Assembly: GCA_051362555.1 (NCBI GenBank)
Contig: CM120644.1
Location: 19,986,534-20,050,533 of the forward strand
Length of the DNA stretch: 64,000 nucleotides
Source of the DNA: Lingula anatina
Taxonomy: Eukaryota; Animalia; Brachiopoda
Direction: 5' to 3'
A model generated the notes under the pieces. It worked only from the letters and a program-made list of their open reading frames with translations, was not told where the DNA came from and searched no databases. Below, in pieces: positions 62,336-64,000 of this stretch (its first letter is position 1; every line of letters starts with the position of its first letter). Both the position numbers and the translations under genes were made by a program.

Positions 62336-64000
62336 CTGTCTATCTGAGGAGAGAGAAATGAGATGGCATCATTAGACATGTGTGCCGGCAACCATATGTA
62401 CTCTGAAACTTGATCACATGTTTTATATAGTAAATTTATAAATCTACTAATCTGACCATGCTCGTGTAACCGGCTGATAGCGTCTGCAACTGAGTTACTC
62501 TCGCCCGGAATAAAGTGCGCCTCCAGTTTGAAGTCGAACCGGTGTGGCGTGTACCGCTCGGAGCGTGAACCATCCGTTCTGCTCATGCGCACAAAGCGCA
62601 GGCAAATCTGAGAGACTTCCGGCGTGTACAGTCCGTCTCTATCGAGTCATCAATACATTCTTAGCCTTCTATAAACATGCGCTGTTGAAAACATACCGCT
62701 AATTCTAACATAATCTTTACAAGTATTCATATCTTATTCTTTGTTCAACTCTGCTGTGATATCCCTCAGGTAGCCATATCAACACACTAGCCTAGTAAAA
62801 TCAATACTAAAATAGTAGCCAGCAGCTGTATAACGACGGTCCGTCCAGGGTAGGTTCATTCATGCGTCTAACTGTAATTTGACGCTGGTTCTCAACCAAA
62901 ATTATCAATTAACACATATGAATTTTATCCCCATCATAGTAAATGTATAATGAGGTAGGAAATGAACTAGCCGAAGATAACAGTGCAGCAGGTGAATAAC
63001 AACGGATCATTCACGGAACGGCTCATACACGCGTCTGCTGCGTGTACAATCGGTCAGGACGGATGGTTCACGCAGAACGGACCGTACACGTGACACCGGG
63101 CAGACAGGAGGTATAATTGCTCTAATAGGGCAAAGGCGGTAGGGCTAGTCGTAGTCCCATTGTTAATCATATATACGGAGGCAATGTTATCGGAATAGAA
63201 GTGTACGTGCTGTCCCTTCCAAAGCCTTCCCCAGCGTCGCGCGGCTAAGACAATTGTAGCTAACTCCTTAGCGTTAATATGTTGGTCGGCGAACGAAGGG
63301 GCGTCGACATCCCAGGCGTAGTAGAACCAGTCTCCCAAGCAGAAAGCTCCGCCGGCGACCGTACACGCATCTGTGTGTACTTCAACTTCTGGTCTATCGT
63401 TCCATATTGTCCTCCTACTATTGCACTGAATTTGTGTAGCCCACCAAGCTAGATCGCCGTGGATGGCACGCAACAGACACTTGTGCGATGCGGCTTTAGT
63501 CGACGACATAAGGCTGTATATCCTCCTCAGGTGAAGTTTTCCCCAGGGGATGACGTTGCTAGCCCAGACCAGGTGCCCGGCTAGTCGCTCTAACTGCTTC
63601 CGCGTCGCTCGTTTACGCTTTAAAAATGTGAATAATAAGTCCTCAAGTTTCGTTAACTTAGTGTGTTCGAGGGATACTTTTCCCGCGCACGAGTCAATTT
63701 CAATACCCAAGAAAACTATTTTCTGTGTCGGGTCATTCACTTTCTTCCAGTTTATGGCAAAACCCAGCGAGCGGAGCAATTGTACGAGAGTGTTGTATGC
63801 TGCTAAACATTCCGCAAAATCTTTTCCCGCTACAATAAAGTCGTCTAAGTAGGCTACTACAACCGGGAAACCTCTCCTTAACATCATCCGGCGCACAGCC
63901 TGAGTGAGTGTATTAAAAATAGCCGGACTTTTACGTCCACCGAAGGGGAGTCTTAAATCAACAAGGGTGGTAGGTTTGCTTTTTCCAGTAAACGTCCACT
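62299..64000 (-). pseudogene. RT/RNase H ORF interrupted by a 553-bp insertion
   Basis: Motifs LRLPFG, YLDDF, FLGIEID, HTDAC, HINAKEL and YSDN. Excising 62543-63099 restores LLSAR|FDFKLEAHFIPGESNSVADAISR in frame. Confidence 0.9.
62543..63095. mobile_element. Non-autonomous TGT..ACA element with CCGG TSD (Ginger1-like MITE, or a solo LTR)
   Basis: CCGG at 62539-62542 and 63096-63099; imperfect ~35-bp TIRs tgtggcgtgtaccgctcggagcgtgaaccatccgt versus (reverse complement) tgtcacgtgtacggtccgttctgcgtgaaccatccgt; no coding capacity. Confidence 0.8.

Larger units (their letters stand above)
60531..64000 (-). mobile_element. Ngaro-type tyrosine-recombinase (DIRS order) retrotransposon, 3' part
   Basis: Minus-strand RT/RNase H with an overlapping YR ORF, then split direct repeats B1 (61270-61103), A2 (61102-60698) and B2 (60697-60531). 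The element continues beyond the window. Confidence 0.9.

Overview
AT-rich animal genomic DNA; the repeat families suggest a marine invertebrate such as a mollusc (inference). The window is almost entirely mobile elements, pseudogenes and satellite, and I found no intact host gene. From left to right: (1) the degenerate 3' half of an env-bearing LTR retroelement, with an extra accessory ORF (5.8-10.3 kb, minus); (2) several MITEs; (3) a C2H2 zinc-finger pseudogene split by an L2-clade LINE and a MITE; (4) a tRNA-derived SINE, a HEATR3-like 3' gene fragment and a 62-bp minisatellite; (5) a ~23-kb composite satellite built as 587 + n x 194 bp. The satellite is interrupted by an 11.75-kb TATGG..CCATA DNA transposon (IS3EU-like). 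That transposon carries an intron-rich DDE transposase that the ORF track does not show, plus a convergent second gene, and its intron 4 holds an intact Mag-type Gypsy element with identical LTRs. The satellite ends at an Ngaro-type tyrosine-recombinase retrotransposon whose RNase H is interrupted by a 553-bp TGT..ACA element with a CCGG target duplication (Ginger1-like). All translations and alignments were done by eye; no database searches were run.
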